Source: Pseudomonadota bacterium
GTDB lineage: Bacteria; Pseudomonadota; Alphaproteobacteria; Rhodobacterales; Rhodobacteraceae
DNA: 64,000 nt
Assembly (NCBI GenBank): GCA_039190145.1
Contig: JBCCYG010000001.1
Location: 5,941 to 69,940, forward strand
Direction: 5' to 3'
Shown here: positions 20,153 to 30,279 of the stretch, piece by piece
Layout of the letters: each line of letters starts with the position of its first letter
How positions within the stretch are numbered: the stretch's first letter is position 1
The notes under the pieces: model-generated
The model's input: the letters and a program-made list of their open reading frames with translations, nothing else
Database searches by the model: none
Told to the model about the DNA's origin: nothing
Position numbers and translations under genes: made by a program

Positions 20153-20944
20153 ATGAAGCGAGGCGTAAGACTTCTTGTCCGGGCGGATGATGCGGGGTCG
20201 AGTTGGTCCTCTAATGTCGGCTGTCTGCGCGCTTGCCTGAGCGGGATTGCGCGCAGCGTTGAGGTAATGATGCCTTGTCCGTGGACGACGCATGCGGCGG
20301 CGTTGCTCAATCCGCAATCTGAAATTGACGTCGGCATCCACCTCACACTGACGAGCGAGTGGGATGCGGTGAAGTGGCGCCCGCTTACGGACGCGGGAAG
20401 CCTTGTTGATGGGGCCGGTCACTTCTTTCCCTTGTTGATGGCTCGAGAGGGGGATACCAGGCCCAACCTTGCGGAGGCGCAATGGTCGCTAGACGACATT
20501 GCCCGTGAGTTTAGGGCGCAAGTTGCCCTTGGGGTCGAAATGTTCAGCAACGCATCGCATGTGAGTTCTCACATGATCAGACACTTCCAGGATTTCGATG
20601 GGCGGCTGGAGGGCGTCATCGAGGACATCTGCCGTGAGTATGGCCTGGCTAATGACGCTCTCGGCGACGGCCTTACGCGTATCGAGGGCTATCCTAAGGC
20701 TCCCAGAGATACCGCCTATCGGATTGAGAGCTTTGTCCGGCAGCTCGCTGATTTGGAGGCGGGGACTTACATTTTCATAGATCATCCAGCCGTAGCGTCG
20801 CCCGAACTGAGCGCCATGGGGCATCAAGGCTATGAAGATGTCGCAAATGATCGCATATCTTGTTTGGGGACGCTCATGAGCAGCGCTGTGCAGGAGCGAG
20901 TTGAAGAGCTTGGCATCGAGCTCATCAGCTATCGCCAGCTTTGA
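20153..20944 (+). CDS. ChbG/YdjC family deacetylase
   Basis: RADDAG, VGIHLTLTSEW, HVSSHM and IDHP motifs. Confidence 0.82.
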   Translation: MKRGVRLLVRADDAGSSWSSNVGCLRACLSGIARSVEVMMPCPWTTHAAALLNPQSEIDVGIHLTLTSEWDAVKWRPLTDAGSLVDGAGHFFPLLMAREGDTRPNLAEAQWSLDDIAREFRAQVALGVEMFSNASHVSSHMIRHFQDFDGRLEGVIEDICREYGLANDALGDGLTRIEGYPKAPRDTAYRIESFVRQLADLEAGTYIFIDHPAVASPELSAMGHQGYEDVANDRISCLGTLMSSAVQERVEELGIELISYRQL

Positions 20945-21088
20945 ATTCGGCGCCATCCCTGCTGCACATCAGATAGGCATCAAGACGCCCAGGAAAGCAG
21001 ATATCAGCGTTTTTCACCGAGCAAGGCTCTAGTCAAAGCTTGGCGACGCGGTATCTTTTCCAAAAAAAGAAGAATTTGGGCGGGACAC

Positions 21089-22276
21089 ATGGCGGAAAAA
21101 TCCGATTGGCAGGCAGTGGTTTCAGCATTCCTTCTCGGGGTGGTTGGAGCCATTCAAGTCGGTCGCGTCGCGCCTGTGGCAACGTCGATCCAGGCAGATC
21201 TTCAAATTGATCTCGCGACCTTGGGATGGCTGATTTCGCTTATCACGTTGGCTTCTGCAGGCCTTGGTATCGTCGCGGGCTATTGGGTTGTGCATTTCGG
21301 GCTCAGGCGCTCCTTAGTGATTGGGGCCCTAATGATCGGGGTTTGTGCCTGCCTTGCCGGGCTCTTGCCGACCGTGCCGCTCCTGATGGGTGCGCGGATC
21401 ATCGAGGGGTTTGGCTATCTTATCGTCGTTGTTGCGGCACCCACATTGATTGCGCGCGAGGCAGCGCCGAAAGACACGCCCTTTGCGTTGGCGTTTTGGG
21501 GAACGTTTTTCACGCTCGGGCTCAGTGTTGCGGCGTTTTCCGGCGGAGCCCTGTCAGATGTCATCGGCTGGCGCGGATGGTTCTTGGTCAGCGCGGGACT
21601 GGTTGCCGCCGCTGTCGTCTTAGCATTGGTTTCCGTTTCAAAGGACCAAGACGAAGACCTTCCTAGTTCAGCGGTTTGGGAGACCGTCCGTGAGGTTCCA
21701 AAGGCATCTTGGCTCCTTGGTTCAGCCTTTCTGGGGCTGACTTTGCTTGCGCTGTCGATTTTGAGTTTATTGCCCACCTTTCTTGTTCAGGAACATGGCT
21801 TAACGCCCAGGACCGCTGGTAGCGTCACTGGCTTTGTCGCCCTGGCCAGTATCGTGGGCAGCCTCTGCTACGGGGCATTCGCAAATCGCATGTCGGAAAG
21901 CGTCGTGGCCGCGGTGGCATCCATCGCCCTTGTTCTTTGCATCTTTTTGGCTTTCGCGGAGGTGGCCACAACCTATCAGATCGTGGCCTTCGCGGGCGTG
22001 GCGGTTTTGATGTCGGGTATTCTGGTCGCTCAGACGTTTGCGGCAGTGCCTCGGGTTGCAAGTGACGCGCATTTGATCGGACCAACCAACGGGCTGGTGG
22101 CGCAGTTTGGCAGTGTTGGAGCTTTGACCGGTCCGCCCTTGATTGGGGCCTCGATTTCCCTCGCGGGTTGGGGGGCTGTGCCGATAATCGTGGCAGCCTT
22201 CACCCTGTCTTTTGCAGGTCTTTTCCTTCTTGCGATCAAGGATCAGGGCAACAGGCTTGCAAGGGGCGGCATGTGA
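21089..22276 (+). CDS. MFS transporter (CynX/NimT-like)
   Basis: About 12 hydrophobic segments, ARIIEGFG motif. Confidence 0.82.
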   Translation: MAEKSDWQAVVSAFLLGVVGAIQVGRVAPVATSIQADLQIDLATLGWLISLITLASAGLGIVAGYWVVHFGLRRSLVIGALMIGVCACLAGLLPTVPLLMGARIIEGFGYLIVVVAAPTLIAREAAPKDTPFALAFWGTFFTLGLSVAAFSGGALSDVIGWRGWFLVSAGLVAAAVVLALVSVSKDQDEDLPSSAVWETVREVPKASWLLGSAFLGLTLLALSILSLLPTFLVQEHGLTPRTAGSVTGFVALASIVGSLCYGAFANRMSESVVAAVASIALVLCIFLAFAEVATTYQIVAFAGVAVLMSGILVAQTFAAVPRVASDAHLIGPTNGLVAQFGSVGALTGPPLIGASISLAGWGAVPIIVAAFTLSFAGLFLLAIKDQGNRLARGGM

Positions 22277-22698
22277 TGACGAAAGCTGAGATCAAAGTGG
22301 AGACACCGCCCTCCGAGAGTCGCCTAGCGGAGCTGCACGAAAACCTCGCCTCTGCGGGCCAGATGTTGCGCGATGATGAATTGAAGACATTTCTGCTGTC
22401 AGTATCGGCCGCTGATGGGAACATGGCGGCGGGGTGCAAAGGTGAGATTGCGTTTCGTTCTGCCCATGTTTCTGCGCTTTGGGTCGATGAAAACCAACGC
22501 GGCCAAGGGTTAGGGGGTAGGCTACTCGCTTCGGCAGAAGACTATGCAAGAGAGCAGGGATGCGATCGCATCCATCTCGAAACCCGCAATGAAAGTGCTC
22601 GCCGTCTCTATGAACGGCTCGGTTATGATGTATTCGGCGCCTTGCCGGATTATGAAGGCACCAACACGCTTTACTACCTCACCAAGAATATAGGCTGA
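22276..22698 (+). CDS. GNAT acetyltransferase
   Basis: LWV..NQRGQGLG acetyl-CoA motif, ARRLYERLGY. Confidence 0.88.
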   Translation: MTKAEIKVETPPSESRLAELHENLASAGQMLRDDELKTFLLSVSAADGNMAAGCKGEIAFRSAHVSALWVDENQRGQGLGGRLLASAEDYAREQGCDRIHLETRNESARRLYERLGYDVFGALPDYEGTNTLYYLTKNIG

Positions 22699-22751
22699 TG
22701 AGCGGGCTCACGCGCGACTGCATGCCAGCGTTTGATCGAAATTGACTGTTC

Positions 22752-23282
22752 ATGCCCAGCTCACTTGAAACGGATCGTTTGCTTTTGTCTTCTCCAAGGC
22801 TTTCGGATGTGCCGGAGCTCTTCGCATTTTTGGGAGATGCCAAAGCCATGCAGCATAGGCATTGCGATGCGAGCATGAGATCGTGTCGCAGACGCATCGC
22901 AGTGCATGAATGGAGACGCAGGCGAGACGGTTTCGCGCCTTGGACCGTGCGGGTCAAAAAGACCGGCAAGATAGTAGGGTGGGGTGGTTTGTACGATGAT
23001 CCTTTCGACCCTGGTTGGGGCATCGAGCTTGCATACTATTTTCACCCCGCTTCGTGGGGTCATGGCTACGCGACCGAGCTCTGCCGAGCTGCGTTGGCGT
23101 TTTCAGATCAAAAGCTTCAGGCTGAGAAGATCTCAGCCTTTGCTCATCCGGAGAATGCCGCGTCTAACGCTTTGCTGACCAAGTTGGGTTTTGAGTACGA
23201 GCGCTTTGGCGGCGAGATGGATAGAAACCTCTATGCTCGAAAGCGGGGGTGGCCCATGGCCTCAAAGGCAACGTCTCCCTAG
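22752..23282 (+). CDS. GNAT acetyltransferase (RimJ/RimL-like)
   Basis: LETDRLLL, WGHGYATE and HPENAASNALLTKLGF. Confidence 0.88.
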   Translation: MPSSLETDRLLLSSPRLSDVPELFAFLGDAKAMQHRHCDASMRSCRRRIAVHEWRRRRDGFAPWTVRVKKTGKIVGWGGLYDDPFDPGWGIELAYYFHPASWGHGYATELCRAALAFSDQKLQAEKISAFAHPENAASNALLTKLGFEYERFGGEMDRNLYARKRGWPMASKATSP

Positions 23283-23374
23283 TCGGTCCGTCTCAAGTCA
23301 AATCGACGCCAGGACGTGCCGTCTTCGGCTCGAAGCTGGCCAGTTTGTCATGATGCTCCCGCGGCTATCCGATC

Positions 23375-23409
23375 TGGCCGTTTTTGATGGCTAATTGTCA
23401 TTTCGGGCC
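23375..23409 (+). promoter_or_regulatory. 35-bp GlxA-associated motif, copy with no adjacent regulator
   Basis: TGGCCGTTTTTGATGGCTAATTGTCATTTCGGGCC aligns without gaps to the copies at 26486, 30232 and 31245. Confidence 0.5.
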
Positions 23410-23480
23410 GCTGCCTCCCTGGGTAGCGTCGGTGTTATATGTCGATGCAAACCCTGCCTTACCAATCAAGAAGCGCAAAT

Positions 23481-24038
23481 ATGCCGAATGATGTCAGCTA
23501 CTTACTGCGACTTGCGCAGCTATCAGATGCCGCTGCCCTCGGGGCGCTTCACAATCGGGTTTGGCAAGCGACTTACGCGAAGGTTGCGCCAGCTGAAGCC
23601 ATCGCTCGCCTAGACGAAGCGCACCGGGTCGCGTCTTGGAAGCAAGCGCTCAGCACAAATAGCGAGCGCGAGGAAACCCTCGTGGCAGAGCAAAACGGAC
23701 TTCCAGTAGGCATGATCTCAGCGGGGCAGCCGCGTGGCCCGTGCTTTGGGCCGGCGGGCGAGATCATGCATTTTTACGTGGATCTCGATGCGCAAGGTAG
23801 GGGGCTGGGCCAACTGATGCTGCGCCATGGCATAGAGATGGTGGAATGGGCTGGTTATCCATCGGCTGCACTTTCTGTTGTTGAGCAGAACCTCCGGGCG
23901 CGCAGGTTTTATGCACGGATGGGCGGCGTCGAAGGTCAGGTTTTTACCGATCCTGGACCCTTGTGGAAATCGACAAACATTCTTGTCCATCTTCCGCCAT
24001 CTTGCGAGCTTCCCTGTTTAGGGCAGGGGACGCCATAG
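23481..24038 (+). CDS. GNAT acetyltransferase
   Basis: WQATY, FYV..DAQGRGLG and NLRARRFYARMGG. Confidence 0.85.
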   Translation: MPNDVSYLLRLAQLSDAAALGALHNRVWQATYAKVAPAEAIARLDEAHRVASWKQALSTNSEREETLVAEQNGLPVGMISAGQPRGPCFGPAGEIMHFYVDLDAQGRGLGQLMLRHGIEMVEWAGYPSAALSVVEQNLRARRFYARMGGVEGQVFTDPGPLWKSTNILVHLPPSCELPCLGQGTP

Positions 24039-24040
24039 CT

Positions 24041-24934
24041 TTGTCACGCCCCACGATATGGGCTGACATTGCAGTGCTGGGCGTCGCAGCATTGTGGGGT
24101 GCTAGCTATCCTGTCGCCAAAGAAGCGCTCACCCACGCGCCCGTCCTCGCATTGATCTTTTATCGGTTTGTGCTTGCTGCCATCGTGATGAGTGTCGTCT
24201 CTTACCGGGAGTTGCGGAGAATACGCGGCCCGGACATCACTGTGGCGGCTTTATTGGGCTGCATCCTGTGGGCGATATTCTTAGCAGAGACCTGGGGCGT
24301 GGCGCTCACCAGCGCGACGAATACCGCTCTTCTCATCTCACTATGTGTGGTGTTCACGCCGTTCCTTGAATTTGGATTGAGACGTCGACTGCCGCCCAAG
24401 GGAGTGCTTGCCGGTGCTGGCGTCGCTGTGATCGGCGTCCTTATCCTAGCGGGCGGCGCAACCAAGTTTGGCGCGGGCGATGCTCTGGTGCTTCTAGCGG
24501 CCGTGCTTAGAGCAATCATGGTTGTGAGTACGAAGAGACTGCTCGAAGGCCGTCAGATTTCTTCAATTGCACTCACGGCAGTCCAGGCGGTTACCGTTAG
24601 TTTATTGACGCTTGCGATTTTGACTGTGCAGTCCGGTCTTAATGCGGCGACCTTTACTCTCAATCGGCAGGCCTGGGTTCCGGTCTTGTTCCTATCGCTC
24701 TTTTGTACGATCGCCGCGTTCTATGTTCAGAACGCCGCTGTCCGTCTAACCAGTGCGACGCGGGTGAGTTTCATCATGGGAACCGAGCCTCTTTTCGGAT
24801 TCGCGTTAGCTTGGCTGCTTTTGTCAGAAGCGGCGACAGCACACTCGCTTGTTGGAGCGTTTCTCATCGTTTCGGGGACCTTCATTGGCCTTTGGTTCGA
24901 GGCGCCGCGCGCTCAAGAAGTGGCTCCAGGATGA
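24041..24934 (+). CDS. EamA/DMT transporter
   Basis: LWGASYPVAK, FYRF, GTEPLF; about 10 TM; start uncertain (TTG). Confidence 0.85.
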   Translation: MSRPTIWADIAVLGVAALWGASYPVAKEALTHAPVLALIFYRFVLAAIVMSVVSYRELRRIRGPDITVAALLGCILWAIFLAETWGVALTSATNTALLISLCVVFTPFLEFGLRRRLPPKGVLAGAGVAVIGVLILAGGATKFGAGDALVLLAAVLRAIMVVSTKRLLEGRQISSIALTAVQAVTVSLLTLAILTVQSGLNAATFTLNRQAWVPVLFLSLFCTIAAFYVQNAAVRLTSATRVSFIMGTEPLFGFALAWLLLSEAATAHSLVGAFLIVSGTFIGLWFEAPRAQEVAPG

Positions 24935-24966
24935 GTCCGCGAACGCGTAGAGTACGGACACGGTAA

Positions 24967-25461
24967 CTAAAGCACGGAACTTAGATAGGCGCGGACGCGC
25001 TGCTGGGGTTCCTGTCCATCGTTGAGAACGAGGTCTCGCCATGCATTAATCTCGTGCTGGACGATCTCCATTTCCCAAATGCACCCAACGACTTCAGCGA
25101 CCCCATCGACGAGCTTGTAGGGCGCCTCACTGTAAGAGCGCATTTGCAGAGCATTCGACAGCACACTTCCCCACATCCAGTAGAATACGGGGGAGACCAG
25201 GGGGATCTGCTCCGAAAAATGAAAGAGCTGGAAGCCGATGCCATGGTTGCCCTCGGGTTTGTCGAGTGTGCCGGCTTCAGGAAGACGATCAAAGGCGGCG
25301 TTGGTGGCTGCCTTAACGGCTGTTTCGCTCAACACGCGGCCCTTGGCGACGATCGCGTAACGTTTTAGCTGCCAGCCTTTGCCAGACGCCAAGCTCAGGT
25401 TGTGAGTCTGGCGGTGTTTGTAAGGGGCTAAATGATTAGGGTGCTGAATTTGGTCGGTCAT
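24967..25461 (-). CDS. Hypothetical protein, homologous to the C-terminal domain of 38642-39502
   Basis: Shared LAPY..R, K.YAI, GNH and C.WE..I..HE..AW motifs. Confidence 0.7.
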   Translation of the reverse strand: MTDQIQHPNHLAPYKHRQTHNLSLASGKGWQLKRYAIVAKGRVLSETAVKAATNAAFDRLPEAGTLDKPEGNHGIGFQLFHFSEQIPLVSPVFYWMWGSVLSNALQMRSYSEAPYKLVDGVAEVVGCIWEMEIVQHEINAWRDLVLNDGQEPQQRVRAYLSSVL

Positions 25462-25525
25462 GGCCCGGGACAGATATTGCGTTTTATGTTAAATCTATTG
25501 ATCTGAGTTTTAGCTTTTCTGCTTG

Positions 25526-26512
25526 CTACATGCGTTGAGCGAACACCCGTTGGTACTGAGCGGGCTGGACGTCAAATTGCCTTTGAAACGCGCGCCTTAG
25601 GCGCTGGACGTCTCTGAAGCCTGCCTCGGCAGCTGCTTTGTGAAGGGGCACGTTGTCCTCGATTAAAAGGCGCGCGTGGTCGGCACGGATGCGTTCGACG
25701 GCGTGGGCCGGTGTCTCTCCAAGGGCCTTCTTGAAGCGCCGCGTGAGTGTCCGCGGGTGCAATGCCGCTGCATCTGCGAGCGTTTCAAGTGTCCAGTTGA
25801 GAGCGGGCTTTGTGGTTACACGGGCCAGCAACTTAGAAATGGCATCGGTTTGCCCACGGTCGGCGCTTTCATAGATCGCGAATTGGCGCTGCCCGCCGAG
25901 GCGATGGGGCTGCACCACGAGGTCACGGGCGACGGATAGTGCAGTGGGAGACCCGCAATCTGACCGGATCAGAGACAGCGCCAGGTCGATGCCGGTTGTC
26001 ACGCCAGCAGATGTATGGACCTGCCCTTCCCCTGCGCTGATCCGGTCGAGATCCCAAGTTACCTCGGGATAATCCTTGGTCTGATTGAGGCGAGACCAAT
26101 GCGTTGTGGCCTTCATGCCGTTGAGCATCCCGGCGGCTGCAAGAATGAGAGCGCCGGAGCAAATGGAAATGATCCGCCCGCCGCCTTCACGGTATTTTTT
26201 GACGAGCTTGAGCACTTGTTGATCGGCGATCTGCGCGTTGACGCCAGAGCCACCTGGTATGAGAAGGTCATTGCCTGTTTGGCGCCCGCTAATCGGCGCA
26301 TCAGCCTCTACCTTTAACCCGCAGCTTGCGCGCACTGAGACGCCATTAAGGGAGACGTAATTGAGCCTGTAGGCTCCCGGTGAGCTGTAGGTTGCCGCCT
26401 CGAAGGCTTGTGCCGGTCCTGCAACGTCTAACAGGTTCATTCCGTCAAAAACGAAGATGTCGATCCTGCGGGCGGATGGCGACTTTGTCTTTTTTTGATG
26501 CTCATTTGTCAT
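25526..26512 (-). CDS. GlxA family regulator (DJ-1-like + AraC HTH)
   Basis: LLDVAGP, SICSGA, ATTHW, TSAGVTTGIDL; C-terminal HTH. Confidence 0.9.
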   Translation of the reverse strand: MTNEHQKKTKSPSARRIDIFVFDGMNLLDVAGPAQAFEAATYSSPGAYRLNYVSLNGVSVRASCGLKVEADAPISGRQTGNDLLIPGGSGVNAQIADQQVLKLVKKYREGGGRIISICSGALILAAAGMLNGMKATTHWSRLNQTKDYPEVTWDLDRISAGEGQVHTSAGVTTGIDLALSLIRSDCGSPTALSVARDLVVQPHRLGGQRQFAIYESADRGQTDAISKLLARVTTKPALNWTLETLADAAALHPRTLTRRFKKALGETPAHAVERIRADHARLLIEDNVPLHKAAAEAGFRDVQRLRRAFQRQFDVQPAQYQRVFAQRM

Positions 26513-26520
26513 TTAAGACA
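26486..26520 (+). promoter_or_regulatory. 35-bp GlxA-associated motif
   Basis: TGTCTTTTTTTGATGCTCATTTGTCATTTAAGACA between divergent GlxA and MFS genes. Confidence 0.55.
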
Positions 26521-26575
26521 TTTTGGTCGGCCGCTAAACATAAGCTTGTCAACCCGCATATTCAGGACCATCGAC

Positions 26576-27763
26576 ATGGCAGTCGCCGCATTTGCCGGAA
26601 ACAGAAACTTTCTCGGTCTGCTTACAGCAAACACGGTTTTCGGCGCTGCGCTGCCTATGTTGTTGATCCTTAGCGGCGTGACCGGTCTCTTTCTGACCCC
26701 TAGCCCCGCACTGGCGACACTCCCTGCATCAGTGCAAATTTTAGGAGGGTTGGTCGCTGCCGCGCCCTTTTCCCTCCTGATGGGGCGGGTCGGACGGAGG
26801 GCAGGATTTTGGATCGGCGCCGCCTTGATCATCATTGGCTCGCTTTCCGCGGTGCAGGCTCTTTCTGCAGGCAGTTTTTGGCTCTTATGCGCGTCCCATT
26901 TTCTCATGGGAGCAGCCATGGCCTCCCTGCATTACTTTCGATTTGCAGCGGCCGAAGCGGTGGATGCCAGATGGCAGCCCGTCGCCATTTCGCTCATGCT
27001 GACATCTGGGCTCATCGCGGCGGTCGGTGGACCGCAGATTGTCATTGTGGCTAAAGATGCGCTCGCGCCAATCCCATTTGCCGGCGCTTATGCTGCCCTC
27101 GCCGCGATTACGCTTGTGGGTATGGTGCCGCTCCTTTGGGTTCACATGCCGAGGCCTGCTAGTCAAACGGCGGAGGCGGGATCTGCGTTTTCCTTACGTG
27201 CCGCTTTGAGCCGTGAGCCGATCAGACGGTCGATCGGGATCGCAGCGGTGGCCCAGGGCATGATGACCTTTTTGATGATCCCTACTCCGGCTGCCATGAT
27301 CGGTTGTGGCTTTAGCGAAGACTTGGCCAGCGACGTGATCCGTTGGCACATCGTGGCAATGTTTGCGCCTAGTTTCGTCACGGGCTTTTTGATCCAGCGG
27401 TTTGGGGCCCAGACTATCGCTGTCGTCGGGCTCGCGATCATCATTTTATCCGCAGGTATTGCGGCTCTTGGTCTTTCGGAGGCGCATTTCTACGGCTCGC
27501 TTATCGGCGTGGGCATTGGTTGGAACTTTAGCTTTATTGGGGCCACGGCCATGCTGGCAGCGGCTGTGACAGAACGCGAAAAAGCGGCATTACAAGGCAT
27601 AAATGACACGCTCATCGGGCTGGTTTCGACCGTCTTTGCTTTCGCTGCGGGTCTTGTCATCTCAGGCCTTGGTTGGGCGCTACTCGCTGTCATTTCCATC
27701 GTGATCGTCGTTGCCGCGCTTTTGCTCTTAGCGCTGGACAGGCCTCAAGCAGCCAGTGCTTGA
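26576..27763 (+). CDS. MFS transporter
   Basis: MGRVGRRAGF, YFRFAAAE, HIVAMFAPSF and GWNF motifs. Confidence 0.88.
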   Translation: MAVAAFAGNRNFLGLLTANTVFGAALPMLLILSGVTGLFLTPSPALATLPASVQILGGLVAAAPFSLLMGRVGRRAGFWIGAALIIIGSLSAVQALSAGSFWLLCASHFLMGAAMASLHYFRFAAAEAVDARWQPVAISLMLTSGLIAAVGGPQIVIVAKDALAPIPFAGAYAALAAITLVGMVPLLWVHMPRPASQTAEAGSAFSLRAALSREPIRRSIGIAAVAQGMMTFLMIPTPAAMIGCGFSEDLASDVIRWHIVAMFAPSFVTGFLIQRFGAQTIAVVGLAIIILSAGIAALGLSEAHFYGSLIGVGIGWNFSFIGATAMLAAAVTEREKAALQGINDTLIGLVSTVFAFAAGLVISGLGWALLAVISIVIVVAALLLLALDRPQAASA

Positions 27764-27861
27764 ACCCACTCGCTTAAGCTGCGTTTTCATCAAGATCCGG
27801 GTCGCTTGAGCGGAGCGGCATGCCCTACCCAAGGGCCGTATAGCAAGGAAGGGGATGACCC

Positions 27862-28335
27862 GTGGATTTCCAGATTAACCCGCTTTCCGCAGATGTCTTC
27901 GCTCACCTTTTTGAACTCTCGGATGCCGAGCTCGCTCAGCATAAAGCCGTCCGACAAATCGTGGCTGCTAAGCCTGGCACGCCTTGCCGGGTGAGCATGG
28001 CTGATGCTGAGGTCGGCGAGACGGTGATCCTGGTCAATCATCAGTATCAGCCGGGGCACAGCCCCTATCAAGCCACCCATGCTGTCTATGTGCGGGAGAA
28101 TGCGAAGGAGGCTCAGATCAGCGTGAATGAAGTGCCAGAGGTCATCGCTTCTCGCCTCGTTTCTCTCCGCTGTTTTGACCGTGATCATATGATGATCTGG
28201 GCAGATGTGATGGCGGGCGAAGAAGTGGGCTCTGCGATATCCAAGGCGTTTGAAGATGAGAGCGTGGCGTATGCTCATATCCATAATGCAAAGCCAGGCT
28301 GCTTTGCCGCTTCGGTGACGCGAGTACGTGGCTAG
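27862..28335 (+). CDS. DUF1203 domain protein
   Basis: PGTPCRVSM.DA..GE, SPY, HIHNAKPGCFAA; GGAAGGGG RBS. Confidence 0.8.
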   Translation: MDFQINPLSADVFAHLFELSDAELAQHKAVRQIVAAKPGTPCRVSMADAEVGETVILVNHQYQPGHSPYQATHAVYVRENAKEAQISVNEVPEVIASRLVSLRCFDRDHMMIWADVMAGEEVGSAISKAFEDESVAYAHIHNAKPGCFAASVTRVRG

Positions 28336-28586
28336 CTGGCATATCGCTCTTCCGTGGCGATCCTCGCACCGGCAAGAACAAGCGGCGTACGGGCGATGAT
28401 CGTGGTTTAGGTAGGTTCGTCCCAAACGAGGCCGCCCATCATCACGGCGAACGCGAGCGACATATATTTCCTTGTGTTCGCCTTGTTGCCTGGCGCTAGA
28501 GAAAACGCCTTGGCGATGAGAAACTGCCTAACGATCGTGATGAGTGCGATGAGACGCCAATCAGACAGGACACATAGTGCCCGCGC
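28332..28586 (-). pseudogene. Remnant of an EamA/DMT transporter C-terminus
   Basis: Translates to ...WRLIALITIVRQFLIAKAFSLAP..KYMSLAFAVMMGGLVWDEPT*TTIIA..LVLAGARIA; no 5' half; internal stop at 28407-28409. Confidence 0.6.
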
Positions 28587-28587
28587 T

Positions 28588-29790
28588 CTAGTCGGGGCTC
28601 AGTGCGCCGTAGCTCGAAACGCGGCGCAGATCGCTGAAAAGAGACGCCGCGAAAGAGGCGATATAGGCTGCAAGCACCAGCTGTAGGCCCGCCATGATCC
28701 CAAATTGCGTCGCGCAAACGCCGCCGACGAGCGCGCCGACGGGTCTTACCCCATAGATTGCCGTCTGTATGACCGCGTTGACCCGGCCCAGCATGTCAGG
28801 CGGCGTCACAAGTTGGCGCACGGAGTTTTGCGCCACCAGCCACATCGAAGGCCCGAACCCGAGGAGGAAAAAGAGGCCGTAGAGAGCATAAACCGGTGTG
28901 TTAGAGCCGATCACAATGAGTCCAAACGAGGCGATGATTGAGCTGCCCGGGCCGAACAGTAGGATGACGGAAGGCGTGATAAGATTGGCGAGCCGCCCCG
29001 CCAACCAAGAGCCGCAAATCGCGGCAAATCCGAATGCCGCGAGCGAGATGCCAAAGCTGCTGGGATCGTAGAGATATAGGCCTTGCAACGCCGGAACGAG
29101 GACGACGAGCAGTGCCGCAAAGGCGAAGTTCCAAAAGACCGAACAGAGCGAGATGGGAAGCAAAAGAGGGTGGCGCAAAACATAGCGACCGCCCTCGGCA
29201 ATCCTGGGCAGGACAGGAATTTCCTTCCTTGGGCTTACTTTGAAACTCGGCAGTGAAATCGCCATCCACAGAGTGGTGAGAGCGCCCCCACACGCAAAGG
29301 CATAAAGCGCCCATCCAGGCACTTCGTCGATTAGAAGGCCAACGGCCAAGGGCACGGCAAAGGAGCAAACTGCGCGCGGCACTTCTATCGAGGCGTTTGC
29401 CCTCCCAAGGCCTGTAGCCGACGTCAGCCGGGGAATAATGGAGAGCGCCGTCAGCCCAAACAGCACCACGCCGAAACCCGCCAGTGTCACTGCCACGCCT
29501 AGACCGACAAGAGCACCGAGGATGACACTCAGTACCGCGAGTGAAAAACCGGCAAGAGAAAGCAAAGCAGACGCAATTGCGAGAGTGCGGAGTTGTCTCT
29601 GATCCACAAGCACGCCGAATGGAAGAGAGCCCAAGAGATGGGCCGAGGATTGGCAGGCAACGAGGGCCCCGATGGCCGCGGGGCTGGCGTCGAAGACAAG
29701 CACCGCCACTAGGGGCACCGATACGAGCGCGATCTGATCGGCGAAATGGATACCGTATGCGGCCCCCGTCAGCTTGCGTATAGCAGGCAT
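28588..29790 (-). CDS. MFS transporter (MFS_3/DHA3-like)
   Basis: PFGVLVDQR, EGGRYV and RQLVTPPDMLGRVNA. Confidence 0.87.
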   Translation of the reverse strand: MPAIRKLTGAAYGIHFADQIALVSVPLVAVLVFDASPAAIGALVACQSSAHLLGSLPFGVLVDQRQLRTLAIASALLSLAGFSLAVLSVILGALVGLGVAVTLAGFGVVLFGLTALSIIPRLTSATGLGRANASIEVPRAVCSFAVPLAVGLLIDEVPGWALYAFACGGALTTLWMAISLPSFKVSPRKEIPVLPRIAEGGRYVLRHPLLLPISLCSVFWNFAFAALLVVLVPALQGLYLYDPSSFGISLAAFGFAAICGSWLAGRLANLITPSVILLFGPGSSIIASFGLIVIGSNTPVYALYGLFFLLGFGPSMWLVAQNSVRQLVTPPDMLGRVNAVIQTAIYGVRPVGALVGGVCATQFGIMAGLQLVLAAYIASFAASLFSDLRRVSSYGALSPD

Positions 29791-29868
29791 GTTCCGTGTC
29801 TCCTTGGCTGTGCCGCCAAATTGAGCTGCGCTGTGGTCTCAATCGACCCGATACTTGCGGGAAGGGGA

Positions 29869-30183
29869 TCAGCGCCGTGCGGGGGGTATTTCTCTGAGGC
29901 GCAGGCTGACTTCCTCAACTTGTTCGCGCGTCCATTCTGAGTGGTGGCGAACTGTTCCCGCTGGCCGATTTTTGAGGCCGAGGTCTCTTTGTCCGCCGAC
30001 GGCTTCTGGGGGTCTGATCGGTCTTGGGACAAAGCCCCCGCCGCAGGTTGGACAAACGTTGTGGAGAACGGCGTCAACGCAGCTGGCGCAGTAGGTACAC
30101 TCGTAGCTGCAGATACGCGCTGCAGGCGACGACGGAGGCAAGTCACAGTCGCACCACTCGCAATTTGGACGAAGTTCTAGCAT
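29869..30183 (-). CDS. DUF1272 domain protein
   Basis: MLELRPNCEWCDCDLP, ICSYECTYCASC and CPTCGGGFVPRPIRP. Confidence 0.88.
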   Translation of the reverse strand: MLELRPNCEWCDCDLPPSSPAARICSYECTYCASCVDAVLHNVCPTCGGGFVPRPIRPPEAVGGQRDLGLKNRPAGTVRHHSEWTREQVEEVSLRLREIPPARR

Positions 30184-30231
30184 GGGCAGCCCCTAGTCTT
30201 ACGGCAGCCCACCATAGCGCCGCAGCGGGGT

Positions 30232-30266
30232 TGGCAAGAATGACAATGTACCCTCAAATCGCGCCA
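30232..30266 (-). promoter_or_regulatory. 35-bp GlxA-associated motif upstream of DUF1272
   Basis: Minus strand TGGCGCGATTTGAGGGTACATTGTCATTCTTGCCA. Confidence 0.6.
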
Positions 30267-30279
30267 AAAGGCGCAATCC

